The notes below the pieces were generated by a model. That model saw nothing but the letters and a program-made list of their open reading frames with translations, made no database searches and had not been told where the DNA came from. The translations under genes were made by a program, and so were the position numbers. A DNA stretch of 56,719 nucleotides, taken from assembly GCA_016176785.1 (NCBI GenBank), contig JACOWN010000006.1:1-56719 (forward strand). The letters are read 5' to 3'. This DNA is from Parcubacteria group bacterium. Its GTDB lineage: Bacteria > Patescibacteriota > Minisyncoccia > Phycocordibacterales > UBA2135. Below are positions 20,308 through 30,342 of the stretch, piece by piece; the first letter of the stretch is position 1, and the number at the start of each line of letters is the position of its first letter.

Positions 20308-23300
20308 TTACGGTTTGAGGTTTACGGTAAATACGAAGTCGCCGATCGCCACTTCGTCTCCGGCAACCTCGTCTCTGAATTCAATTGCGCTTACCGTGGC
20401 TGTGTCCTTAATCTTGTTTTCAAATTTTTCAATAAAATGCCGCTCGGGAACGCCCGCTTTCACAAAAAGCACCGCGGGTTCGCTCGGAATAAGCCCTTCT
20501 TTTTTGCGCAGGTCTTGTACGGCGCGAATGACGTCCCGAAGCATCCCTTCTTCTTTGAGTTCCGGAGTGATCTCGGTGTCAAGGTCAATCTCTTGCTCGC
20601 CCGCGCCGTCCGAAAACACGATCTCTTTAACGTTCACCTCATCCCGAATAAGCCCGAGCAGGTCTTCGTTCCCCTTGATTTTGGATCTTTGGTTTTTGAT
20701 CCGTAACGTCCCCAACGGCTGGCGCACCTTGATCCCCGCGCGCGCCCGCGCCTCGAGCGCGAGCGATACGATGCGCCTCACTTCTTCCATGTCTTCCAAA
20801 ATCTTTATGTCTCGGTGCGTTCCGAAGATCCGATGGAGGAGCGCCAGGGGGTTGGGCCACAACGGGAAACGCGATTCGTACTTCGGCCACGACTCCAGAT
20901 GAACGCTCTCCATTTCGCCGAGAGCGGCATGATACACCTCGTCCGCGACGAACGGCGCGAACGGAGCAATGACCTTCGCGAGCGTTGTGAGCACAAACCG
21001 CGTCGTTTCGGCGGCGCTCGCCCGGTCAGCGGGGTCGGCCGATTTGAACCGTTCGCGCGAACGCCTGAGGTACCACGTTGAGAGGTCCTCAATGAACGCG
21101 GCGATCGGCCTCGTCGCTTGGTCAAGTTCGTATCGCTCCATGGCGTCAGTCACTTTATTGACGACTTCCGTCAATCGCACGCGGACCCACAGATCAAGGA
21201 TGTTGTTGCTTTTCGGCGCGTCAGCCGCACGGTCGTTCCCGCTCGCGGCCGGCGCGTACAGTTTGTAGAATGCCGCGACATTTTGAAGGCGGGAAATGAT
21301 TTTACTCCGCATCTCGCCGATATTTTTTTCGGAGAAACGCAGATCCTCCGCGCGGACCGCGGGCGACGACAAGAGATACATGCGCAACGCGTCTGCGCCG
21401 TGCGCTTGGATAACGGCAACGGGGTCGGGATAATTCTTCAGGCGTTTTGACATTTTGCGTCCGTCTTCCGCAAGCACCAAACCGTTCACGATGACGTTCC
21501 GATACGGACTCTCCCCGAAGAGCGCGACCGCAAGCACAAGCAAAGAATAAAACCACCCTCGCGTCTGGTCCAAACCTTCGGCGATAAAATCAGCGGGGAA
21601 ACCACGCCCCTTGGGGGGATTAAACACATCGGTGTTTTCAAACGGATAATGATGCTCCCCGTACGGCATTGAACCGGACTCAAACCAGCAGTCAAACACT
21701 TCGGGAACGCGTTTCATTTTGCCGCCGCACGGGCACTTGAATTTCACGTCATCAATATACGGGCGGTGAAAATTGAGTTTGAACGAGTCGTCGTGCGGAA
21801 GGGGCGTAAAATCAATTTTTTTCACCTCGCCGGTTCTCATGAAATGTTCGCGCCCGCCGCGTAAAGACATTGCCTGCTGCCATGAATACCCGCCCGCCCC
21901 CGCGGCAAGCATCCACAAGGGGTCTTCGTGCGAAATAATAAGGATGTTTTTGCCGTTGTATGCTTGGTCCGTTTCAAAGAGGAACTTTGCCATGCGGCGT
22001 CTCACATCATCAAGCGATTCTCCGTCTGCGAGCCGTTTCGTGAATCGCTCCTCCGGCGTCCGGAACTGCGCTTTCCATTCCCGGACGTCCCCGCCCTCAA
22101 ACATGCCGAAGTTGATCTCGCGGATTTCGTCGATTGTTTTTATGCGGTCGCGTTTGACGCCGAGCGCATGCGCGATGATCCGCCCCGTTTCTTCGGCGCG
22201 CGGCAGGGGTGACACGAAAATGAGGTCAATGGATTGCCGTTTCAAGAACTTGACCGCGCGCTCAACGTCTTTGGCGCCTTTTTCGGTCAAACCGTTGCCG
22301 CGGCGCGGGACGGCATTCAAAATATTTTTAACATTGCTCTCCGCTTCGCCGTGCCGCATGACAAAGTAGGCGTTGCCTGAACGGACGCTTTGCGCGCGCA
22401 CATCCTTGAGCGAACCGGCGACTTCAATGTGCCCGCAGTTGCCGCACTTCCAGACGGGAATGGGAGCGCCCCAGAAGCGCGAACGCGAGATCGCCCAGTC
22501 GCGCGCTCCCTCAAGCCATTTTCCGAAACGGCCGTCCCGAATGTCCGCCGGCACCCAGCGAATTTTTTTATTCGCCGCGATGAGTTTGTCTTTAAACGCG
22601 CTGACGGCGACGAACCACGATGTTGCCGCATAGTTTATGAGCGGCGTTTCGCAACGCCAGCAGAACGGGTATGCGTGCGTGATTTTTTCTTTCGCGAACA
22701 GGAGACCGCGGTGCGCAAGATTTTTTATTATCTCAATGTCGGTCGCTTGCGGGTTGTCTTTCGGTTTGACCGCCAATCCTTTAAAATCGGCGACTTCCTT
22801 TTTGAACGCTCCGTCGGTGCCGACATGGTGAACGATCGGGACCGCATGCCGCTCCGCCAACGCAAGGTCGTCCTCGCCGAATGCCGGCGCGATGTGGACA
22901 ACGCCGGTGCCCTCATCAAGAGTTACGAAATCGGCGGCATACACCTTCCATGCGTTGTGTTTATTTTTAAGCGGCGCATTTTTATAATACCCAAACGGCG
23001 GCTCATACGAGCGTCCGACAAGCGCATCGCCCCTGAACTCCTCAACGAGTTCGTATGCTTTGTCCTTAAACACCGCCGCCGCACGCTCTTTTGCAACAAT
23101 CACATACTCATTCGTTCCCGACTCTTGATTTTTTATCTCGAATTTTCCATATATGACCCCGCCGTTGACGGCAACCGCCATATTCCCCGGAAGCGTCCAC
23201 GCCGTCGTCGTCCACGCGAGCAAAGACACCCCCTCCTCGCCGCCAAGCGGCAATTTTACGGTAACCGCAACGTCGGTCGCGTCTTTATACCCCTGACTTA

Positions 23301-23883
23301 CTTCAAAGTTTGAGAGCGTCGTCTCGCACCGCGGGCACAAATGCATTGATTTGAACCCTTCGTAAATGAGTCCTTTGTCGTGAAGCGTTTTAAACACCCA
23401 CCACACCGATTCGGTGTAAGTCCAGTCCATCGTCCGATAATCGCGCTCCATATCAACCCATCTGCCGGTCTGCGGAATAATGCGCCGCCAGTCGTCGGCA
23501 TACCGAAGAACACTTTCTTCTGCGCGCGCATTGAATTTTCCTATGCCGTATTTTTCAATGTCCCGTTTTGCCGCGAGGTTGAGTTCTTTTTCAACCTCAT
23601 TTTCAAGCGGAAGACCGTGGCAATCCCATCCCCAGCGCCGCCGTACATGAAAACCGCGCATCGTCCGATAACGAGGAATGGCGTCTTTGATGATCCCGGC
23701 GAGAATGTGGCCGTAGTGAGGCAAGCCCGTGGCAAAGGGCGGGCCGTCATAAAAGACGAATTCGCCGGCCGGCGACTTTTTTTCAAGAGTTTTTTCAAAA
23801 ATGCGGTTTTTCCGCCACAAAGAGAGGATTTTTTCCTCGCTCCGAGAAGGTTCGTTGTCGTCGGGAGAGGGCATACGTATCAT
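20308..23883 (-). CDS. ileS: Isoleucyl-tRNA synthetase (type 2-like) with an inserted histidine-phosphatase domain
   Basis: DGPPFATGLPHYGH, GWDCHGLP, EGLDQTRGWFYSL, KMSKR; RHGE...SHED insert. Confidence 0.95.
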   Translation of the reverse strand: MIRMPSPDDNEPSRSEEKILSLWRKNRIFEKTLEKKSPAGEFVFYDGPPFATGLPHYGHILAGIIKDAIPRYRTMRGFHVRRRWGWDCHGLPLENEVEKELNLAAKRDIEKYGIGKFNARAEESVLRYADDWRRIIPQTGRWVDMERDYRTMDWTYTESVWWVFKTLHDKGLIYEGFKSMHLCPRCETTLSNFEVSQGYKDATDVAVTVKLPLGGEEGVSLLAWTTTAWTLPGNMAVAVNGGVIYGKFEIKNQESGTNEYVIVAKERAAAVFKDKAYELVEEFRGDALVGRSYEPPFGYYKNAPLKNKHNAWKVYAADFVTLDEGTGVVHIAPAFGEDDLALAERHAVPIVHHVGTDGAFKKEVADFKGLAVKPKDNPQATDIEIIKNLAHRGLLFAKEKITHAYPFCWRCETPLINYAATSWFVAVSAFKDKLIAANKKIRWVPADIRDGRFGKWLEGARDWAISRSRFWGAPIPVWKCGNCGHIEVAGSLKDVRAQSVRSGNAYFVMRHGEAESNVKNILNAVPRRGNGLTEKGAKDVERAVKFLKRQSIDLIFVSPLPRAEETGRIIAHALGVKRDRIKTIDEIREINFGMFEGGDVREWKAQFRTPEERFTKRLADGESLDDVRRRMAKFLFETDQAYNGKNILIISHEDPLWMLAAGAGGYSWQQAMSLRGGREHFMRTGEVKKIDFTPLPHDDSFKLNFHRPYIDDVKFKCPCGGKMKRVPEVFDCWFESGSMPYGEHHYPFENTDVFNPPKGRGFPADFIAEGLDQTRGWFYSLLVLAVALFGESPYRNVIVNGLVLAEDGRKMSKRLKNYPDPVAVIQAHGADALRMYLLSSPAVRAEDLRFSEKNIGEMRSKIISRLQNVAAFYKLYAPAASGNDRAADAPKSNNILDLWVRVRLTEVVNKVTDAMERYELDQATRPIAAFIEDLSTWYLRRSRERFKSADPADRASAAETTRFVLTTLAKVIAPFAPFVADEVYHAALGEMESVHLESWPKYESRFPLWPNPLALLHRIFGTHRDIKILEDMEEVRRIVSLALEARARAGIKVRQPLGTLRIKNQRSKIKGNEDLLGLIRDEVNVKEIVFSDGAGEQEIDLDTEITPELKEEGMLRDVIRAVQDLRKKEGLIPSEPAVLFVKAGVPERHFIEKFENKIKDTATVSAIEFRDEVAGDEVAIGDFVFTVNLKP

Positions 23884-23976
23884 AGTAACAAGTTTTCCGC
23901 CCGTTATGCAAAAGGCCCGCGAGGGGCCTTTATTGTACCGAGGGCTTCACACAAAAACGCGCGTGAACCGCCGTCA

Positions 23977-24225
23977 TTACCACTCTCCTGTTCGGAGACC
24001 CAATGCAAACGGGCGGAGGATAAAGCCGGCAAGGTTTTGGTTTTTACAAACGCGCGAGAGCGCTATCTCAAGGTCATGAACGGTGTATATCGTTTCCGGA
24101 CCGCTCGTTCGTTCGTCTTCGTACACCGCATACAGAAACAAAGGATACCCAACCGCATCGGCGCGCGCTCGCGCTTCGGGAACCGAGCGCGCGATCGCAG
24201 CCGCGTCTTTTTTCGCGCGCTCCAT
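23977..24225 (-). CDS. Small hypothetical protein
   Basis: 82-aa ORF with a GGAGG SD, filling the argS-ileS gap. Confidence 0.45.
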   Translation of the reverse strand: MERAKKDAAAIARSVPEARARADAVGYPLFLYAVYEDERTSGPETIYTVHDLEIALSRVCKNQNLAGFILRPFALGLRTGEW

Positions 24226-24296
24226 GGAGAACCTCCGCGAATGCTTCTTGTATAATTATGGAGCCGCCCCGCATTTTTGTAAACGGAAAAGGTGCG

Positions 24297-25982
24297 CTAC
24301 ATCTTCTCCGGCGCGGCGATGCCTAAGAGATACAGGCCGTTTTTTATGGTTACGGCGACGGCATCCGTGAGCGCAATGCGGTAAGGGGCTTTATCGCCCG
24401 CGTCCACGATGCGTTCCTGCGCATAGAATGAATTAAACGCGCCGGCAAGTTCCGTTACGTATGTCGTGATGTAATGCGGCTCGTATTCCTTCGCCGCCCG
24501 TTCAACAACTTCGGGGAAACGGCACAATAATTTCTCAACGATCCCGACGTCCCGCCGAAAAGAAACATCGGCTTCCATCCCGAGTCCGCGGGCTTTTTCA
24601 AGAACGGACCTCGCGCGCGCGTGCGTGTATTGGAGATACGGCCCCGAGTCGCCCTCAAACGAGAGTGACTTGTCAAAATCAAAAATGATGTCGCGGCCGG
24701 TTCTCTGTTTCAAGATGGAATACTTCACCGCGCCGACGGCAACCGGGTCTTTGAGCTCGTCCGCATTCGCAATGCGCGCCTCTTGAAGCTTCGGCGCAAG
24801 ACGCTCCGCGACCGCATCCAAAACCGACTCCGCGGAGATCACCTCGCCCGTGCGCGACGACATCTTGCCCGAGGGCAAGCGCAGCATGCCGTTCGTTACA
24901 AAGAGCATCTTGGATCCAAGCTCGGGCAACGAAAGCTCCGCCGCCCTTTTCACCACGCGAGCGTATTCTTTGATCTCATTGCCGACGACGGCGATCGAAA
25001 CATCAAACGGGAACTCGCCCGCTTTTTTCTTCAGTAACCCGAGTTCTTTTGCTTCGTATGTCGGAAGCCCGTCAGAATTGATAAAGACGCGCGTGTGAAG
25101 ACCGTGCTCTTCGCCGCGGAATACTATCGCGCCGTCACTCTCCGCAAACACTTCCGGATGCGACTCCACGATCCCCTTTCCGACAGGCCCCGTCTCACTC
25201 TCAAAAAAGTAATGATCAAACTTCGTGCCGAGCCGTTCGTATAACTCCTCAAAAAGTTCGAGCGAACGAGCGCGGCCGCGTTGGTACACTTCGTTCACTC
25301 CGGCATCGCTCCCGTCGTAGATTTTCCTGTTCACTTCTTCAATCGCCGCCTTGTTCGCGTCATTTTCTTCATACGCGCGCGTGCCGGCGGCGTAATCAAC
25401 ACCGAGCGCAAGTCCGTCCAAGTCCTTCTCGGAGGTGATGTCTTTTTCCGCGTTCAAAAAGTGCCATATCGCCTTTGCGACATGGAGCCCCACGTCTCCT
25501 TGGTAGTTCGCGCGTTCCATGCGGGCGCCGGAAAATGCAATGATGCGCGAAAGCGACTCGCCGATGGCGTTCGGCACCAAGTGTCCGATGTGCATTTCTT
25601 TGAAAGGATTGGGGTCGGTATATTCCACCATTATTTTTTTGCCGGCGAGAAGGTCATTTTTCCCGAAATCGTCCCTTTTTTTTAAAACTTCCGCGACTTG
25701 CCCCGCAAAAAACTTTTGCGAGAGGCGGAAATTGATGAACCCCGGCCCCGCCACCTCAATTTTCTCTATATCCTCGTCTTTTTTCTTGTTCAGTTCCGCG
25801 ACGATTTCCTCCGCCAGTTCTTTCGGGTCGCGCCCCGTTCTCTTCCCCCCCGCCATCGCCGCATTCGTTGAGAAATCGCCGAGTGAAAAATCCGCAGGGT
25901 GTTCCAAACGAACATCCCCCGCGTCAACGGCAAGTTGTTCTAACGTTTCTCTGACGAGATTTTTGAGTTTTTCCCGGATCAT
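24297..25982 (-). CDS. argS: Arginyl-tRNA synthetase
   Basis: GPGFIN, PNPFKEMHIGH, KMSSRTG, GPYLQYTHAR, APEKM. Confidence 0.97.
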   Translation of the reverse strand: MIREKLKNLVRETLEQLAVDAGDVRLEHPADFSLGDFSTNAAMAGGKRTGRDPKELAEEIVAELNKKKDEDIEKIEVAGPGFINFRLSQKFFAGQVAEVLKKRDDFGKNDLLAGKKIMVEYTDPNPFKEMHIGHLVPNAIGESLSRIIAFSGARMERANYQGDVGLHVAKAIWHFLNAEKDITSEKDLDGLALGVDYAAGTRAYEENDANKAAIEEVNRKIYDGSDAGVNEVYQRGRARSLELFEELYERLGTKFDHYFFESETGPVGKGIVESHPEVFAESDGAIVFRGEEHGLHTRVFINSDGLPTYEAKELGLLKKKAGEFPFDVSIAVVGNEIKEYARVVKRAAELSLPELGSKMLFVTNGMLRLPSGKMSSRTGEVISAESVLDAVAERLAPKLQEARIANADELKDPVAVGAVKYSILKQRTGRDIIFDFDKSLSFEGDSGPYLQYTHARARSVLEKARGLGMEADVSFRRDVGIVEKLLCRFPEVVERAAKEYEPHYITTYVTELAGAFNSFYAQERIVDAGDKAPYRIALTDAVAVTIKNGLYLLGIAAPEKM

Positions 25983-26199
25983 ATCCGTAGCGCATCTTTA
26001 GTATAACAAAAAACCCCGCGCGGCGAGACGCGGGGATGAAAGTGGACAAGATCAGACCCCCCTCTTAACAAGTTGCCTTGGCAGCAGCCGGCGGCGTACC
26101 GCAAAGAAGCGGTCTGTCAAAAACAAACGGGCGAACGATTGCGAACGATTCTTCTGTTTCATTCCGTTCCGACTTTGCTTACTCCCCTGCTTACTCCGA

Positions 26200-26241
26200 C
26201 TTTGTTTAATTTTCATCCCATGGGATGAAAATTAAACAAAG
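26200..26241. repeat. 42-bp perfect palindrome, copy 2 of the family at 14752
   Basis: CTTTGTTTAATTTTCATCCCA|TGGGATGAAAATTAAACAAAG. Confidence 0.95.
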
Positions 26242-26358
26242 AAAACAAAGAATCTCTCACGGCGGGGATTTTCAAATCTCCGTATCCCGTTACGGTAATC
26301 TGTGATCTGCTTACTGTAACTGTTCGTCGTAACTTGTATTCTGTGCACGGTAACCCAT

Positions 26359-26784
26359 TCATTTACCGGTAGAACCGAAACCTCCGTCTCCCCTCGCGCT
26401 GTCGCTCAATTCCGCCGCTTCAACAACTTCCGGCGATTCTACTTTCTGAATAAGCATCTGCGCCACTTTGTGGCCCTTCTCTATCGTGTAGGTTTCATTT
26501 GAAATGTTCGCGACGCCGACCACGACCTCGCCCCGATACCCGGCGTCAACCACGCCGCCCAATGTCTTGAGCCCGTGCTTCTGCGAAAGCCCGCTCTTGT
26601 CCCACACAAGCCCGACATACCCCTTCGGTATCTCCATCGCAATTCCCGTCTTAACCTGCGCGCGCTCGTGTGATCTCAAAACAACTTTTTCCGCCGCGAA
26701 CAAGTCCATACCCGCGTCGCCCTCATGCGCGTAGTTTGGAGTAACGGCATCGTTTTTCAGTTTCTTTATTCGTATCGTCGTCAT
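26359..26784 (-). CDS. dut: dUTP diphosphatase (trimeric)
   Basis: DAGMDL, KSGL, GVVDAGYRGE, AQ, RGDGGFGSTG. Confidence 0.97.
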   Translation of the reverse strand: MTTIRIKKLKNDAVTPNYAHEGDAGMDLFAAEKVVLRSHERAQVKTGIAMEIPKGYVGLVWDKSGLSQKHGLKTLGGVVDAGYRGEVVVGVANISNETYTIEKGHKVAQMLIQKVESPEVVEAAELSDSARGDGGFGSTGK

Positions 26785-26864
26785 ACGCGCTGATGCCTTA
26801 ATAATAACATTCCCGCCCAAAGTATAAAAAATCCCGCCAACGGCGGGATGTTGTAATGCGGCAT

Positions 26865-27503
26865 CTACGAAGCAAGCGTCTTTCGAACCGCCGCCAAAAT
26901 ATCGGCGGCGACAGTTTCTGCGTCTCGGTTCGTGTCAATGACCGCATACCGTCCCATCTCTCCAATGTGCCGCAAAAACCCCTCACGGACCCGCCGGTGA
27001 AAATCAAGCGCCTCGGCTTCAAACCGATTGCGTTCCGCGGGCTTTTTCCGAGCCAACCCGATCTCCGGCGGCACGTCAAGCAAGATATACATGTCGGGAA
27101 AATATGTATTCGTCCCATCGCTTAACGCGAACTGCGTCGCCTTCAAAAAGAAATTCAAAACGCGCTCCGGTTGTCTGCGGCCATAGAGTTGATACGCGAT
27201 CGTGGAAAGAAATCCGCGGTTGGAGAGGGCGTGGGCACCGCGCAAAAGCGCGGGGATGATCACCTCCCTCATGAGCTGCGCGCGACCCGCGGAAAAAAGA
27301 AAAAGTTCCGTTTCCGGACGCAAGTTGAACTCGGGATGATGCAGAAGAATATCTCGGAACACCTCTCCGGCTGGCGTACCGCCTGGTTCGCGCGTAAAAA
27401 CCACATGTGCCATATCCGGCCGCGCTCGTAAGCGCGCGATGTGGTGGTCTTTTCCGCTTCCTTCACCGCCGTCCATGACAATGTACTTTCCGCGTTTTAC
27501 CAT
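26865..27503 (-). CDS. tmk: Thymidylate kinase (divergent motifs)
   Basis: DGGEGSGK, TREPGGT, AYQ, RFE...FHRRVREGF. Confidence 0.9.
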   Translation of the reverse strand: MVKRGKYIVMDGGEGSGKDHHIARLRARPDMAHVVFTREPGGTPAGEVFRDILLHHPEFNLRPETELFLFSAGRAQLMREVIIPALLRGAHALSNRGFLSTIAYQLYGRRQPERVLNFFLKATQFALSDGTNTYFPDMYILLDVPPEIGLARKKPAERNRFEAEALDFHRRVREGFLRHIGEMGRYAVIDTNRDAETVAADILAAVRKTLAS

Positions 27504-27586
27504 TCTCGCACCCGTTTCAAGGACTTACTTCTGTAGGGGAGCGTAGCATACCCGCATAAAAAAATCCCGCCGCCGAAGGGGCGAGG

Positions 27587-28720
27587 TCAGGACTTTTTGA
27601 AATGCTTTGAAAACGGTGAAAAGACCTCGTTGCTGCGGTAGTGCGATGAACTGCGCGCGTCGTACGCCGCCTCCGGCTCATCCGCCATGCGCTCAAAACG
27701 GATTTTTGCGATCGGATGCTCGTCATACAGCTCAATGTCGCTTCGCGGCGTTACTTCCAAAGTCAGAGGACGGCCCTTGATGTCGCCCGTTGCGCCCCAA
27801 CCCCACCCCGGGTCAACGAATCCCGCCTCATGCGCGGAAAAATCCCCCGTGTGCCGGTCAACCGGTTCCATCTCGCATGCGAACATCGGCGGCACCGAAA
27901 CGAATTCCTTCGTACGCAGGAGATAAAAACGATTACCGCGAAGCGACACGAATCCATTCCCGCGTTTGTAGAGAGGTCTGAAAAAATCGCGGGGGTCATA
28001 ATGGTTCCGTTCCGAAAGGTCAAGGACGGCGTTCGGCTCAATGCACTCGTACCCGATTATCTCTCCGGAAAGATCGGCGGTGAGGATAATGGAACCGTCA
28101 TGGTCGTGAATGGCGCAATCGTTGTAGCGCAACACTTTCCCCTGTTTCGCCCGCACAAGCTTACAACGGGACATCTCAATTTTAATTTCGGTATCGGTCA
28201 GTCGCGTGTCGAGATTGAAAAAACGCATCTGCGAAAGCGACTCACTCCGCGTGATGACGGGGAATGATGCGGGGTGAATGACCGCCCAGAGAGAGGAGCC
28301 GGAGGGCATCCGCGAGGGGATGGCGTCAAAACGCGGCACGCCGTCTGCAAGCACCCATGCGCGCACATTGAGTCGCCCCGTGCTTGATTTCGGGTTGCAG
28401 CAGCCGTACAAGCCCTCCGGCAATGCCAAGCGTTCACGGAGACGGCATACATAGACGCCGTTCCGTTCAAGCGGGCGGTATGCGCTGTGCTGAACGCCGC
28501 CCAAGGACTCAATGAGGCTTCTGACCGTCTGTCCGGACCGCGGAAGCGAAAGGCCGGGCACGCGGTACATCTCTTCCGAGAGCGTGAGGTCAAGCGATGC
28601 CGCGCCGACGTTCTCCGTTTTCGCGCCGAGAATATGTTCGCCTTCAATAAGCCCTTTGATGTAATGGTCGGGAAGCGCGCCGCATCCGTTGTGCGCCATA
28701 ACCGTCTCCGTTCGCTTCAT
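27587..28720 (-). CDS. dcd: dCTP deaminase, long two-domain type
   Basis: ASLDL, NPKSSTGRL, AGFVDPGWG, LEV. Confidence 0.85.
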   Translation of the reverse strand: MKRTETVMAHNGCGALPDHYIKGLIEGEHILGAKTENVGAASLDLTLSEEMYRVPGLSLPRSGQTVRSLIESLGGVQHSAYRPLERNGVYVCRLRERLALPEGLYGCCNPKSSTGRLNVRAWVLADGVPRFDAIPSRMPSGSSLWAVIHPASFPVITRSESLSQMRFFNLDTRLTDTEIKIEMSRCKLVRAKQGKVLRYNDCAIHDHDGSIILTADLSGEIIGYECIEPNAVLDLSERNHYDPRDFFRPLYKRGNGFVSLRGNRFYLLRTKEFVSVPPMFACEMEPVDRHTGDFSAHEAGFVDPGWGWGATGDIKGRPLTLEVTPRSDIELYDEHPIAKIRFERMADEPEAAYDARSSSHYRSNEVFSPFSKHFKKS

Positions 28721-28861
28721 GGTTCTTGCTTGTTCTTATCATAAAAACGGCGCGGGAGCATACGGAAGACGCAAATTGACAACGGGAGACGGCGCGCGTC
28801 AAGGCAGCAAACGACCGCTTGTCTTGTATACTGCTACGCAGACAAAACGGGAGACCGCACT

Positions 28862-29809
28862 GTGCCGCTTGCGCCCGATCAGGAAACTGAAGTCGCGAAC
28901 GCGCGCGTCAATCTTAAGGTGACCTCACGCCCGACCGTTCCCGCCATGGAAGAAATACTGCATTTGCCGTTCTTTGTTTTGGATCACGGCTTCGTCCGCG
29001 TCGTTGACTATATGGGTGACGACGCCGCGATCGTTCAGGCGGCGCGCGTCTCCTACGGCATGGGGACCAAGTCCGTCCGCGACGATGAAGGGCTCATCAA
29101 TTATCTCATGCGCCATCGGCACACGACCCCATTTGAGATGTGCGAGATCAAGCTCCATGTGAAGCTCCCGATATTCGTCGCGCGGCAGTGGATCCGCCAC
29201 CGCACAGCGAACGTCAACGAATACTCCGGCCGTTATTCAATCCTTGACCGCGAGTTTTACGTGCCCGAACCCGACGTTCTCGCGGCGCAGTCAAAGAAAA
29301 ATCGTCAGGGCCGCGACGAAGTAGTAAGCGCGAAAGAAGCTCGCGAGGTGCTCACCATCCTCAAAGAGGACGTAGATCGCTCCTATGACCACTATCTTGT
29401 CATGCTTAACGAGGGCGAGGGGTCCAGGAAAAACCGTCTTGGCATCGCGCGCGAGCTTGCGCGCATGAACCTTTCGCTCAATTTTTACACGCAGTGGTAC
29501 TGGAAAATTGACCTGCACAATCTTTTGCACTTTCTTTCGCTCCGCGCCGACCCGCACGCGCAGTATGAGATCCGCGCCTATGCGGAGATCATGCTCCGCG
29601 AGATCGTGCGCCGCTGGATGCCGATCGTCTATGACACGTTTCTGAATCACCGACTGAACGCCGTAACTTTTTCGGAGCGCGAGCAGACGGTCCTTGCGCG
29701 CATGTTGGGGGGCGAAGCGGTGGAACAGACAACCAGCGGGCTCAACCCCGCCGAGTGGCGAGAGTTTGAGCAGAAGATTGCGAAAGTGCGCGAACAACCG
29801 GAGCGGTAA
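28862..29809 (+). CDS. thyX: FAD-dependent thymidylate synthase
   Basis: [43 protein letters not shown]. Confidence 0.97.
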   Translation: MPLAPDQETEVANARVNLKVTSRPTVPAMEEILHLPFFVLDHGFVRVVDYMGDDAAIVQAARVSYGMGTKSVRDDEGLINYLMRHRHTTPFEMCEIKLHVKLPIFVARQWIRHRTANVNEYSGRYSILDREFYVPEPDVLAAQSKKNRQGRDEVVSAKEAREVLTILKEDVDRSYDHYLVMLNEGEGSRKNRLGIARELARMNLSLNFYTQWYWKIDLHNLLHFLSLRADPHAQYEIRAYAEIMLREIVRRWMPIVYDTFLNHRLNAVTFSEREQTVLARMLGGEAVEQTTSGLNPAEWREFEQKIAKVREQPER

Positions 29810-29905
29810 CACAAAGCCGCCCCGTCCACAAAATGGCGGACGAGGCGGCTTTTTCTTTTCTAAACAAGCGCGGCGGGAATCAAATCGTGTTGCGTTCGGA
29901 GCCGG

Positions 29906-30325
29906 CTATTCGACATCTATGCCCATTGACCGTGCAGTGCCGGCAATGATCTTTTCCGCCTGTGTAATGTCGCGCGTATTCAGGTCGGATAATTTTTTCT
30001 CGGCAATTTCGCGCACTTGCGCACGCGTCACCCTTCCCGCTTTTGACGTCGCGACGCTGCCCGTTCCCTTCTCAATACCCGCCGCTTTCTTAAGCAAACT
30101 TGACGCAGGCGGTGTTTTCAGAACAAAAGTAAAACTGCGGTCGTCATAAACCGTGATCTCAACCGGAACGACGTCACCCATGCGGTCGCGGGTCGTTTCG
30201 TTGAACTTCGTGACGAATTCGCCGATGTTGATGCCGGCCTGCCCGAGTGCCGGACCGACGGGCGGCGCAGGCGTCGCTTTCCCCGCGGGGATCTGGAGTT
30301 TAAGTTTTTTCGCGACTTGAGCCAT
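29906..30325 (-). CDS. rplK: 50S ribosomal protein L11
   Basis: [20 protein letters not shown]. Confidence 0.98.
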   Translation of the reverse strand: MAQVAKKLKLQIPAGKATPAPPVGPALGQAGINIGEFVTKFNETTRDRMGDVVPVEITVYDDRSFTFVLKTPPASSLLKKAAGIEKGTGSVATSKAGRVTRAQVREIAEKKLSDLNTRDITQAEKIIAGTARSMGIDVE

Positions 30326-30342
30326 ATGACTAACTGATTACA

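Noticed and set aside
23885..23976. Possible T-box leader for ileS
   Set aside because: Only a hairpin with a U-tract; no GGTGGNACCGCG T-box consensus
26040..26357. Possible RNase P or SRP RNA
   Set aside because: No GAGGAAAGTCC / AACAGAA-type P4 motifs or SRP helix-8 motif found
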